From Zootoca vivipara (Eukaryota): a stretch of 64,000 bases of DNA. Under the pieces are notes generated by a model that was not told the origin of the DNA, ran no database searches, and was given only the letters and a program-made list of their open reading frames with translations. This document shows, piece by piece, positions 52,466 through 63,270 of this stretch (position 1 is the stretch's first letter; each line of letters opens with the position of its first letter). Both the position numbers and the translations under genes were made by a program. The stretch lies in contig NC_083279.1 of assembly GCF_963506605.1 (NCBI RefSeq), positions 63,116,001-63,180,000 on the forward strand. Direction: 5' to 3'.

Positions 52466-53221
52466 CATGTACTGTACCAGCAACCCTACATGTACTGTAC
52501 CCTACATGTACAGGTACCAGTACATGCAATTTCACAGCATGTTTAGGATTTTTGTTTTCATATTTATTTATAATGGATTGAACTAACATTAATTACTTAA
52601 AGATAAACTTGTTGCAGGCTTATAAAGGCCCAAAGTTTGATGCATCTGAGAAACCAAAGCACTGGTACAATCTGGGGAAAAAAGAGTTTAACTTTTGCTG
52701 CATGATATGGTAGAAATGTGGTTTTAGTATCTCTGGTCTGTTACCGTAATAAGTCGATTCACTCAAATGTGGTTCTAGATTTTCCCCTTAGTTTTGTTAT
52801 TGCAGATTAGTTTGATTCTTGGAAAATTAACTTTTGAGCTCAGTCCCGTGCAAATCTAGAAGGACTTTTACCTCATTATTTTTCATATAATGAAATCTAT
52901 TTTGGTGAAAGAGCCCTGTGCAGAAATATCTTCTCCAGCGTTCAGTTTTATTCCACATTTCAGGAAGTGTGCCAAACTTCAATATAAAATGACAACAGAG
53001 TACCAAATAAAATCAAAGTTAGAAACCAAAAATATAATGAGAACAGTAATGCAGATATTTTGTGTCTGTGGAACCAAAAGAGTTGTGATGTCTGTTACCT
53101 GTAGTAATCAGCTTGAGATGCTTTCATAATGGACAGCATATCCATATATAAAAACAAATCTTTATGCACAGGTTTGTCTTGCTCTGCATGTTTAAAAACT
53201 GTAATTTTGTTGCTTACAAAG

Positions 53222-53418
53222 GGACGCGGATGGCATCTTGTTCTTTAACAATCGATATCACAGCTAATGAAGAAGTGTCCTCACCAACACAACTCATTGT
53301 GGGGATTGGGGCAGATGTAATGCTTCCATGCACATTCAGGTCATCAGAGGAAATCACCAGTGCAACATCTGTTACGTGGAGCTTTCAACCAGAGGGATCA
53401 AAGGCTCGTCCCATACCA
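53222..53418 (+). CDS. MPZL1: MPZL1-like paralog A exon 2 (N-terminal half of Ig V-set domain)
   Basis: EVSSPTQLIVGIGADVMLPCTFRSS...TSVTWSFQPEG |GTAAGA, phase 0. Two in-frame phase-1 acceptors are possible (53222 or 53264). Confidence 0.88.
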
Positions 53419-54262
53419 GTAAGAGTTAATGTCTGAGCTAATGTCGTTTTGCATAAGAATTTGTGGTGAATTTGGATTACATGTTTTGACAGCGCTACCT
53501 TAATTTTATCTTATGGAAACAATTTATTGTGTACTCTGGAATGACAGCACTTCAGCACTTTTCCTGCAGTGTCATAAAAAAAAATGTAGCCTTTGTGCCA
53601 TTTTATTCACATCATTATTCACTTGGTCCTGCCTCTTTATTTCCTCAATATCACATGGTGTGTCTCTTTGTAGCCTCTTAATAGATGTGTTCTTGCTCCT
53701 AAAACTCAAGTATTTGATGAACAATCCCAATTCCATGCATGTTCACTTTGGAAGTAAGTTCAGAAGGACTTATTCCGAAGTATCTGTACTGTACGATTGC
53801 AATCTGAATCTTCAAAATTCCCCACCCAACTCCCCAGTTTTGTTTCTGCTTTGTCTCCTTTGTCCTTTAACAAATCTGTCTGTAGGAGCTTGCAGCTTGG
53901 GGTATGCAGGGTTGATCACTGACTCTCTCCCTCTCTCCTTCAGATTTATTTGAAGTTCTCTATCTCACTTTCTGCTATAGTGCCCAAGGTGGCACTTTTC
54001 CTTTCCACTTCACTGCATGGCCATCTATTGATATCTTAGGTCTTAGAAATGGTAACTCTTGTATGTATGTGGGGTAGTGTGTCTGAGTGGAGGGATTTTT
54101 CAGGTAAAACCATATAGCCTCGGCTCTGGAATTTGCTGACTGACAGCTGCAATCCTGGGCATATATAATTTTTGTATTATTATTTTTAAACAAATACAAA
54201 TACAATAACCATTAAACACTTATCCAGCAGCACAACTAATGGTGTTCGTTTATATATACATA

Positions 54263-54488
54263 CAGTGGTACATCGGGTTAAGAACTTAATTAATTCTGGA
54301 GGTCCATTCTTAACCTGAAACTATTCTTAACCCGAGGTACCACTTTAGCTAATGGGGCCTCCCACTGCTGCTACGCCACCACTGCACGATTTCTGTTCTC
54401 ATCCTGAGGTAAAGTTCTTAACCCAAAGTACTATTTCTGGGTTAGCGGAGTCTGTAACCTGAAGTGTCTGTAACCCGAGGTACCACTG
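54263..54488. mobile_element. Tc1/mariner (Tigger-like) MITE
   Basis: TA|CAGTGGTACATCGGGTTA...TAACCCGAGGTACCACTG|TA. Confidence 0.88.
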
Positions 54489-55113
54489 TACTTGAGAGTA
54501 GGGCTATGTGCACATTAGCAGCTTGAAATGAAGTAAGGTCATCACCCACCCCACCCCACCCTGCTGCATTTCAAATCACTTTTAAATATTGCTGTTCACA
54601 ACAGAGAAGGGGCAGAGATGCAAGCTCCAATTCACTAAATCTGTCATCCGCACATGTGCAACAGCTGCCTGAAATATACATACCTTAGATAACCATGGTT
54701 TCCATATTCTTAGAGAATGAAAGCTGGGTTGAAGGAAGGCACAGTGTACACAGCCTGAGCTCCACTGAATTTAGTGAGACTTACTTCAGACTGAACATGC
54801 CTAGGATTGGGCAAAAAGTAAGAGAGGCTTTCTAAATGTAACAAGAATAAAGTTTGGTGGTTTGGCTGGCTGCATCTGGGTGTTACCCTTTGTGAATCCA
54901 CTGAAGATCAAGCTTAGCATCCAAGTTTTGTGTAATCAATCCCCGAGGCGTTGGAAACATCCACTCAATGTTACTAAAGCAGGAAGAAAAGTTAAACGTT
55001 CATGCAAAGTTAATCATGGTTTGATTTGAAATTTGAATCCCACTTCTCCAACAACTATGTTCAGCTCAAAGCAGCTATTAACAAAGTTATTGTGTTTGTT
55101 TTTATGCTTACAG

Positions 55114-55491
55114 TTTTTCTATTACTCAAACGGGAGGGAATATAATGGAAAGAATACACAATTCAACGGCCGAAGTACCTGGGCTGGAGATTTTTATGCA
55201 AAGGATGCTTCTATCAAGGTAGCAAACATGCAACCTATAGACAATGGGACTTACTTCTGTGATGTTAAGAACCCACCAGACATAGTCACTGAGCCAGAGC
55301 AAGTTGGAGTTAGAGTTTTGGAGTTAGAGAAAATATTGGGCCCTGGAAGAGCAGCACCAACCCCTGCAAGTACCACAACTGCAATGGCAACCACAGCCTC
55401 TGGAAACATTTCACTTAATGGAGTATCATTTTGGCTACTTGTCCTTCAATTCTGCTGCATTCTAGCATCTTTTCAGAGCTATTTGTTCTGA
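55114..55491 (+). CDS. MPZL1: MPZL1-like paralog A terminal exon 3 (C-terminal half of V-set domain + stalk + GPI-like hydrophobic end)
   Basis: TTACAG| FFYYSNG...WAGDFYAKDASIKVANMQPIDNGTYFCDVKNPPDIV (P0/MPZ family signature), continuing to ...ASGNISLNGVSFWLLVLQFCCILASFQSYLF-stop. Confidence 0.9.
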   Translation, partial: FFYYSNGREYNGKNTQFNGRSTWAGDFYAKDASIKVANMQPIDNGTYFCDVKNPPDIVTEPEQVGVRVLELEKILGPGRAAPTPASTTTAMATTASGNISLNGVSFWLLVLQFCCILASFQSYLF

Positions 55492-55492
55492 A

Positions 55493-55498
55493 AATAAA
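55493..55498 (+). terminator. Polyadenylation signal of paralog A
   Basis: AATAAA immediately after the TGA stop. Confidence 0.6.
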
Positions 55499-55532
55499 GT
55501 ATACCTCTTAAGATTATTAAGAGTGTTCTCCA

Positions 55533-55574
<42 letters not shown>

Positions 55575-55831
55575 ATACTTTAATTAATTACCTACCCTTT
55601 ATTCTAAGGTTCTGGGGTGGTTTACTACAATTTAAAATACAACAGTAAAAACAATTTAAATATTTATAATTACAAAAAAATACCATAAGTCTTGAAAATA
55701 TATATAAGAGGTGTCAAAGGCCTGGGCAAAGAGGTACTGTACATCTTCAGCATTTGCCAAAACGTCTGAAGTTGTCAGAAAAACCTCTATGAGGAGGGAG
55801 TTTTAACACACTGTCTTCTCAGATGTAGATA

Positions 55832-56553
55832 TGTTATGACTTTGGGGTGGGGATGGGGAAGTAGGCGGTATGCAGAAACCCTTCTAACCTCTGGATCCAG
55901 CAAGTGTTGAAGTGTAAGTAATGGTAGGGAAACAAAAGCAAGTGGATCAGTGTGAGATGGTAAATTTGTGTCGTCGTCCCCCAACTGTATGGTAGTTAGA
56001 AAAATACAAAGGTGAGAATTGAAAGTGGGAGAGAGTCAGAGCTACATTTAAGAGAAATGATTGATTTCTGTTTGGATTCAAGGCTGTGGGTATGGGAGAA
56101 ACAAGAACCTCTTCAGGTGAGAATACTGTGAGCTCCTTCATCGTAGCCTCAGATTGTATATACGTGTAAATAAACCATAAATCAAATCAAATCAAACTTT
56201 ATTTGCGTGGCCGACAGGCCATAGCATCAAAAGGACAAACACTAACAAAAATACATTACATATATGGTTACCAATAAAACCTATTAAACCTGTTAAAACC
56301 CAAGGTAAAAGCTGGGTTATCATTCATCGATGTCCCTCTGTCCCATGGGCGACGACCTTCTCTCTGGTAGATTGTTCTGGGCCAGTTAAGTGTAGGGCCC
56401 AGCCAAATTGAAAGATTGTGAATATGGCCTCAGGGGGAAATAAACCATATATTATAAAGACACCACAGTCCCCACTGTGCCTCATTTCCAAAAGGAAACA
56501 CAAACCCTGGGTAAGCGTCTGGAACCCTTGGAGACTGTGAGTGGTGTGCAACA
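55832..56553 (+). mobile_element. Solo-LTR-like repeat interrupted by a non-LTR 3' fragment (56180-56437)
   Basis: TG...CA ends and homology to 44526-45035. The internal insert has an (ATCAA)n tail and is flanked by the duplication AAATAAACCATA. Confidence 0.55.
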
Positions 56554-58388
56554 GTTATGTGGTATCAGCAATACTGTATAAGCATTCAGGACACAATTCT
56601 TTGTTTTGTCTAAACTTCTCTTTATGGGTAGGAGTGTTGTGTCTATCACATTGCAGTGCATGTTAATCTCAAATAACACAGTGACCTGTGATGGGAATAC
56701 TCTCTGTACAGCTATTAACAGGACAGAGGACTAGGAGAAATCTATTCTCCCAGCACAACATCTGAAAGGCATTCTCTGGAACAGGCTGTGAAAGAGGCAA
56801 AACAACCTGGAGAAGCTAGTCCATTGCACCTCAAAGCGTCTCTTCATGCTTGGACTGCAGCAGACCCAAAATATACATTTTACTATACTCACCACATTTC
56901 TCCTAGTGAGAAGTTATAGGGGCACAGTGCTTACCCAGGTTTGATTTGCTTGGGCAGCAAGTCACTGGCCTGCCGCCTTACTGGTAATTTGTAATGGTTG
57001 CATTTATTATATGTATATACAGGGTGAGCATAGGTAGAGACACAACTAAAACTCTCTGACCAACAGGAGAAATCCACTGCTCCCACTCCCACATCGGATC
57101 TCATGGGAGGAAAGCAGCCAGCATCTTAAGATACTTCTGCATATTCAGCTCTGTGTGTCCTTGTCTTTCTCATTCTCCGTTGAACTGCCATCTCTTGTGC
57201 CTAGGACTATGAATATGAATACCCCAAATCTCCCTAAGTACTTATATGGAAAGGAGAGAACAAATTTGCCAGTACTGAAAATAAAATGTGGGGGTTTCCA
57301 TAGTAACTTCATGCTTGTGAGTCAAGATCTTAAGCCCGCATTGCATGTGATTGACTATGAAACCCAAATATAAAATTGTAGGTTGAGGTAGAATGATGGA
57401 GGAGATAATCTGGAGGAGACTAGAAGCTGGTCTGTAGGCCAGTCTTCAACCATTGTCACTTGATTATGCATGACCAACTTCTGCTCTTTGGCAGTATATA
57501 CAGTATGTGGTTTTTCCCCAACGTGGCCTCACTGCCTGACACTTGACAAGCTCTATAATACTCTGCACAACCTGGAAATGATGACTTCACAGTATTGACC
57601 ACATGTATTGGAGTGGTATTGTTTCCTTTAGAATCGTGAGGGATTGAACCCTTGGTCCAATCAATACACCAACCAAGTGTCAGGATCGCAACTACCTATC
57701 AGATTCTTGAAGAATATAAACATAAACATTGCATTATTGTTTTCAGTCTCTGGGGTGCAGTGTTCAGACTTTTCAGAGTATTTTTAACGACTGTCTTTTG
57801 AACAGGTATGCAGTGGCTCTCATGTACCACGCAGTTCTTCTGTTACGTTGTTAACATATAAAGCATGAAGAATACTCAAGCAAACCAAAGACTGCTTAAG
57901 CAAGTCATCTATTTCCTCGACTCTATTCCTATATTATGATTATTTACATCATGGCAGGAAGCAGCTTTGAAGTAACATCAGTGTGTTTTAAAACACACAC
58001 AAATGCAATGAAATACAGCAAGTCATCAAGATCTTCCCCGAAGGATTTCCCTACCAAGCGAAACACCCTCTTGGTTTCCTAGCTAGTGGCATGATGTACT
58101 TCTCTGAGTGGCAATCTTCTCTGAGTGGTCATTTTTATGACCCACCTTTCGGAGTTTCAGCGCCCACAACTGCGCGCACGATTCGAGGGCAGCTGCCCCC
58201 TTGGTTGGCAGTGTTCCCCAGACGACTCGCCTCCAGCGAGCGCTCCGCTTACCCCGCCGCCCGAGTTCTGGCGGAGACGGCGTGGCTCAGCGAAGAGGAA
58301 AGGCTTTTCTCCCGCCCTGCTTTCTCCCTCCTTGGCTCCCCTCCTTCCCTTTCAGGCGCGCCGACTCGGACACGGGAAACCCACCCAC

Positions 58389-58524
58389 ACAAGCCGAGAG
58401 CCGCCGCTGCCAGCAGCAACGAGCTGAGCCAGGCGGGGAGCGGAGCAGCGCCTTGCCTCGGACTGTAGCCGCCGCCTCCTCCTGGCGCCGTTAACGCCGC
58501 CACCGCCACGGTTGCCACTGCCAT
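58389..58524 (-). other. Orphan MPZL1-type exon 1 (signal peptide), inverted
   Basis: GGAAAATGG start; MAVATVAVAALTAPGGGGGYSPRQGAAPLPAWLSSLLLAAAALGL + T|GTGGGT, phase 1. Resembles mammalian MPZL1 WLWSVLAAALGLL. CpG island with CCAAT boxes upstream. No downstream exons recognised. Confidence 0.6.
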
Positions 58525-59295
58525 TTTCCTGCCGGGAAAGGGTCTGCGGGAACCAAGGCGCGAGTGTCGAGCTCTTTTGCCCAGCCCATCTCTGCCCTTC
58601 ACTTCTCACGTCGCTGGGCGATTGGCAGCTCAGGTTGTCAGTCACCCAATGGAGGGCCATTGAAAGAGAAATTGCCTGCCCCCTTTTGGGGGTCACACCC
58701 CTTTGGGGGCGTTCTGTGAGGGATGGACACATTTGCAGAGCGACCCATTTTTTTTAAATGAAATATCAGTTATTCACTTGGGATCTGTTTCACCAGCTGA
58801 GTGTCAGCTTTTTCCAGTGACCACAATAACAAATTTGCCTGTTTCAGAAGTTGATGCATTTTCTGGCTTTACTGGCTGACCCTGTTGACCATGGTATTCT
58901 TGAAGCGCTGTTTGTGTTGCAGTCTGCATTAGCCAAAGTCCATATTGGACAGGCCTGTTCTGGAAGACTGTCTTGAACATTCCTCCAGACTGTTGTTTGG
59001 AGCCAAACAAGCCATCTTTAAGTGAATGTTTTCAAAGAACCTTTTTCTGATTGGAACCAACTTGGCCTTTTAAAGCTCTGTGATCCTAATTCTTGTAGCC
59101 TGTACAGCTGTAATACGTATATTAGTGACAGGTGATAAAAAATAATAATAAAAATCCTTCCAGTATCACCTTAAGAGCCACATTTTCTTCATCTTTGCGC
59201 TAATCCGCGGACCAGAATTCCAAGGCTTCCCATTTTAGAAGGCTGCCATGATGGCAAAATGTGTGGATAAGCTAAACAGTACAGCCCCACTTCCC

Positions 59296-59385
59296 CATAG
59301 CTGCCAAGTTTTCCCTTTTCTCGCGAGGAAGCCTATTCAGCATAATGGAAAATCCCTTTAAAAAAGGGATAACTTGGCAGCTATG
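59296..59385. mobile_element. 90-bp hAT MITE (family C)
   Basis: CATAGCTGCCAAG...CTTGGCAGCTATG; TSD CACTTCCC. Confidence 0.88.
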
Positions 59386-59669
59386 CACTTCCCATTAGCC
59401 TTTTTAGTCTGGATCTCTTGTCAAATAAACAATTTACTATGATTTCCTTTTGTAGAACATTCTTGGGTAAATAAACTTCGAGAAGGACAAATGTGATAAC
59501 AGAATACAGACAGTACTGGCTGGTGTTCAACCAGTAAGTTCAATGGGGACGTGTAGAGAGGCAAGTCTCCATTGCTCAGCTTAACCACTTCATGTGCTTT
59601 TTGTGAAGCTGAGCACACAAAAAGGTTGTTGGGCTTCCCCCAAATTTTTCTAACCCAGTGTTTCCAAAA

Positions 59670-59898
59670 CTTGTGGCTGGAATAAAACTCCCCTACGACG
59701 AATGCTTAGAACAGTGTTTCCCAAACTTGGGTCGCCAGCTGGTTTTGGACTACAACTCCCATCACCGCTAGCTTGCAGGACCAGTGGTCAGGGATGATGG
59801 GAAATGTAGTACCCCCCCCAAAAAAGAGCTGGCGACCCAAGTTTGGGAAACACTCTTTCTAAGCATTCGTCGTAGGGGAGTTTTATTCCCGCCACAAG
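59670..59898. repeat. Extended inverted repeat centred on a hAT MITE (59712-59855)
   Basis: Arms of ~71 bp (59670-59740 vs 59827-59898); the outer ~42 bp lie outside the MITE TIR. Confidence 0.88.
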
Positions 59899-60138
59899 GT
59901 CAGTTTCCTGAACCGTTTCCCTGCTGTCTCCCTTCGGAGTTTCAGCGCCCACAACTGCGCGCACGATTCGAGGGCAACTGCCCCCTTGGTTGGCAAAGGG
60001 CGTCGTGCTTTGGGCACTTTGACTTTCGCGCCAGCTGCCGGACTCGACGGCGTCGCTTTGCCTCCCGCCCCCTAGCAATGGCTGTGAGGTGGGCGGCGGC
60101 GCAACAATGGGGCGGAGAGGGTGTCCGGAGGCAGAAGG

Positions 60139-60256
60139 ATGGCTGCCGTGTCCACTGCCGCAGCAACCGGCGGCCCGGGGAAGCGAAAGAGGCAGAGCTC
60201 TTTCCCCGCCGCCGCGCCCGCCCTCTGCCTGGCGCTGGCTTTGGCTCTGGGCCACG
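60139..60256 (+). CDS. MPZL1: MPZL1-like paralog B exon 1 (signal peptide); remainder expected beyond the window
   Basis: MAAVSTAAATGGPGKRKRQSSFPAAAPALCLALALALGH + G|GTGAGG, phase 1. Promoter, exon and intron start are homologous to 51300-52670. Confidence 0.75.
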
Positions 60257-61146
60257 GTGAGGGCTGCCGCTCTTCACCGTCTCCGCTGGAGCGCGCGGGA
60301 ATGGCGAGAGGGCGGGGCAAGCGCCTCCCGGGCGGGGAGCAAAACTTCTTTTGGGTGGGGAAAGAGAGGTCGCTTCGAGGGCGGAGCAGCGGTTGGTCCT
60401 GTTAAGGACGATCTCTGGGCTGCGGCGGGCAATCTTAGTACTGTAACTGCAGACCCTCGGCGTTCCGTCTTGGTGCAGTGTGTCCGGCTCATATGCCGAG
60501 GACTTGTAAATGAAGCTTGCAATCCTGAACAGGTTTACGGAGTCCATTGTATTAATTGGGACTTACTTCTGAGAAACTGTGCTTTGGATTCCAGGTTTCT
60601 TTGACCATTCTCTAGTCTATGTATTTTTATATACAGTATATAATCACCAAAAAGGAAAATCTTGGGAACTTAATTATAAATTGGGCAGCCAATTCCACAG
60701 CGCTAGACTTGTATCTTAAGAATAGTTTTTTTAAAAAGAGAGTAATGAAACATTTGTGAACGAAAATCCTGATAGTACAATGTGAAATTGGATGTGCTCT
60801 ACTTCTGATGGAATGAGCTAATATCAATTAGTTTAAAATAAATTTGCTGCATGCTTTTAAAGTCCCAAAGTTTGATCCATCAAAGAAGCTCTCAGTACTG
60901 AGCACCAGTACAGAATGAAAATGCATCCAATTATCTCTGGAAACTCATGCCCATATAAATTCATGTGTCCAATTGACAAATATCCCCTTTATTAGAAGTA
61001 AATATTTTGTTATGTGAGATTCAGAAAAACAAATGAAGGCTGGCTCAGTAGCTGCGAAATGTCTTGTGTGTGTTTTTCTATGTGCACATTAGCTGCTGCA
61101 GGAACAGGTTCATTTGGGAACTGTTCTAGTTACAGGTAGGTAGCCG

Positions 61147-63270
61147 GGCTTCCGGTCCAGCGCCAGCGCCGATCGGCGGGGTCTTTGTCTCGCTCCGAGA
61201 CAGCCCGTCTTTGCTAGAGGAGGGAGGGCAGCGAGAGCAACGCTGCATCCCATAGAACCCCGGGTCGGGCGTCCCGGGGGCAAAACTGCTCGGCAGAGCC
61301 CAAAACCGGACTCCCCAACCGTCCGGCTGCCCTAGTAAGAGCGCCGGAGTGAGAAGGGTCGAAGTCACGGGGGCCATTTTGAGCACCATCGTCGCTCTAG
61401 CGGGGAGAAGCTCCGAGCCGGAGGCGGAGAGCGCTGGATTCTTCCAAAAGAAAGAATTAGAAATTAAGACTGTAAGTAAGCTCTCAAATTTGGATTGGAT
61501 TTTGAATATTAATCTGGACTAATTTGGATTTGGGAGAGAGGGAAATAAAACGGAAGCCACCCCCTCCCACCGGTAGCTAAGGAACAGTAAAATAAATACC
61601 CGAAGCCACGAACTGATTTTTTAAAAGGTATCCTCAAAAGACATAAAAGGTTCTCCCCTGGATGCAGGGTAAAAGGGGAGAAGGACGATTCTTTGTAGAA
61701 TGATGAAAAAGAAAGAGGAAAACCTTTTGTTTCCCCGGGAGCCGGCAGCCCAGACAACCCAGCGAGCTGACGAGGATTTATAAATGAGTTTTACTTTATT
61801 TAGACTCTCAAGAAGCTAGGAGTATATGCTTCTGAAATGTTTGAATTGTGAAATGTTGGTTTGGACCTTTGTGAATCTGGAATTGGAAAATGCAACTACT
61901 TTGCTGAGACTGGGAAAATAAGCAGCGACCATTTTCCACCCCACACGATAAGCAGTGACCTTGACAAGACGGAACTATGTCAACAAAAAGTTACTCGCCT
62001 GAGTTCCAGCGGATTGTTTTGACAGCCATGTGGGAACTAAAAATAGGACTATGCCGAGATGAGATTCAACAGCAAGAACTAAAGCAGCAATTTCAGATGG
62101 TGATTGCTGAATATGATTTTTCAGATGATGAGGATATTGAAATGGAAATGGAGGAGGAAGATAGCGACAATGATAGCGACAGCAATTTGGATGATCTGGT
62201 CAATGAGGTGGACTTTGACTCTGACGTGGAGCGTGAAGAGAACAACGATGATGACTGGGACAATACAACACAAAATGAAGCACTCCACAAGGAAAAAGTT
62301 GATAATGCTTTACAAAAAGAGAAGCGGAGTACCCCTCCTTTGAGGAGGGAACGACAGGAACCAATGGAATTACAGATTTCCCACAAGGAGAAGGACATGA
62401 ACAACTTAAGAAGGGGAGAAACTCAGGGGGGCCCTATGGATATCTGGGGGACAAAACATTGGAAAAAGGGGGTGGGATGAAGGAAAAATGGGAGTGTAAT
62501 TATTAGGACGGATTATCAAGAGCAAATTAGGATTGTTGATTACGGAACTTGCTGGATTGGAGGGAGGTAGTCGGAATTTGGGGAAGAAAGGTTATATTGG
62601 GATTTTTTAGAGTGTAAGAGTTAATTATGGGAAAAGTTAAAATAAAAGAAGTTTAGGGATTTAAATTTTTAAGAAGTCTATTAAGGGGGAAAAAATTAGG
62701 CAAGGGAAGAAAAATTGGATAATGAATTATAAGGATTAAGAGATTCAGTGAAAATGGTATTAGCTAAGTTTAAAAATTTTATGAAGGGGAAAAGTAAGTT
62801 GTTTATAGATATGGAAACTGTAAAGGGATGAAAACTGGGAAAGGGGGGAGGTAGGGGAAGCCCACAAAATATGGTTTATCAATGTAAATTTGAAAAAGAT
62901 TGTTTTTATTATTGTTTTTTGTCTTTTTTCTCTTTTATTATTCTTTTTTTGAAATTTTTTCTCTTTTTTCTTTTAGTGTAGTTTTTTTCTTTTTGGATTG
63001 CTGGGTGGTTGTCTCTCTGCTTTCTGCTCCTGGAGCTCTCTGGTGGCAGGGGGGGACTCTGGGGGGGTGGGGGAGGGGGGACATAAACTCATCTACAAAA
63101 TGGAACATCTTCAACTGCCTGCCTGCATGGGATACTCCTGTGGCAGGGGAGGGCCCATGGGAGGGGGGGTGGTGGAAAGAAGGTGGAAAATTTGTCTACG
63201 AAAGTGTTTCTTTTATATATGTTTCTTTTTGTAATTTGTAAAATCAATAAAAATTATATTTTAAAAAAAA
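61147..63270 (+). mobile_element. 2.1-kb polyadenylated non-autonomous retroposon (L1/HAL1-like)
   Basis: 20-bp TSD TAGTTACAGGTAGGTAGCCG (61127-61146 / 63271-63290), CpG-rich 5' end starting GGCTTCCGG, AATAAA at 63246 and an A-tail. No RT ORF. Confidence 0.85.
61977..62480 (+). CDS. Acidic 167-aa ORF inside the retroposon, unknown function
   Basis: Open frame ATG-TGA with a helical N-terminus, a long D/E tract and a charged C-terminus. No family recognised. Confidence 0.45.
   Translation: MSTKSYSPEFQRIVLTAMWELKIGLCRDEIQQQELKQQFQMVIAEYDFSDDEDIEMEMEEEDSDNDSDSNLDDLVNEVDFDSDVEREENNDDDWDNTTQNEALHKEKVDNALQKEKRSTPPLRRERQEPMELQISHKEKDMNNLRRGETQGGPMDIWGTKHWKKGVG

Noticed and set aside
59784-60604. 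Multiple long overlapping ORFs in the CpG island (also 58091-58757 and 51108-51735)
   Set aside because: Expected from stop-codon scarcity in GC-rich DNA. Only the signal-peptide exons have splice and homology support.
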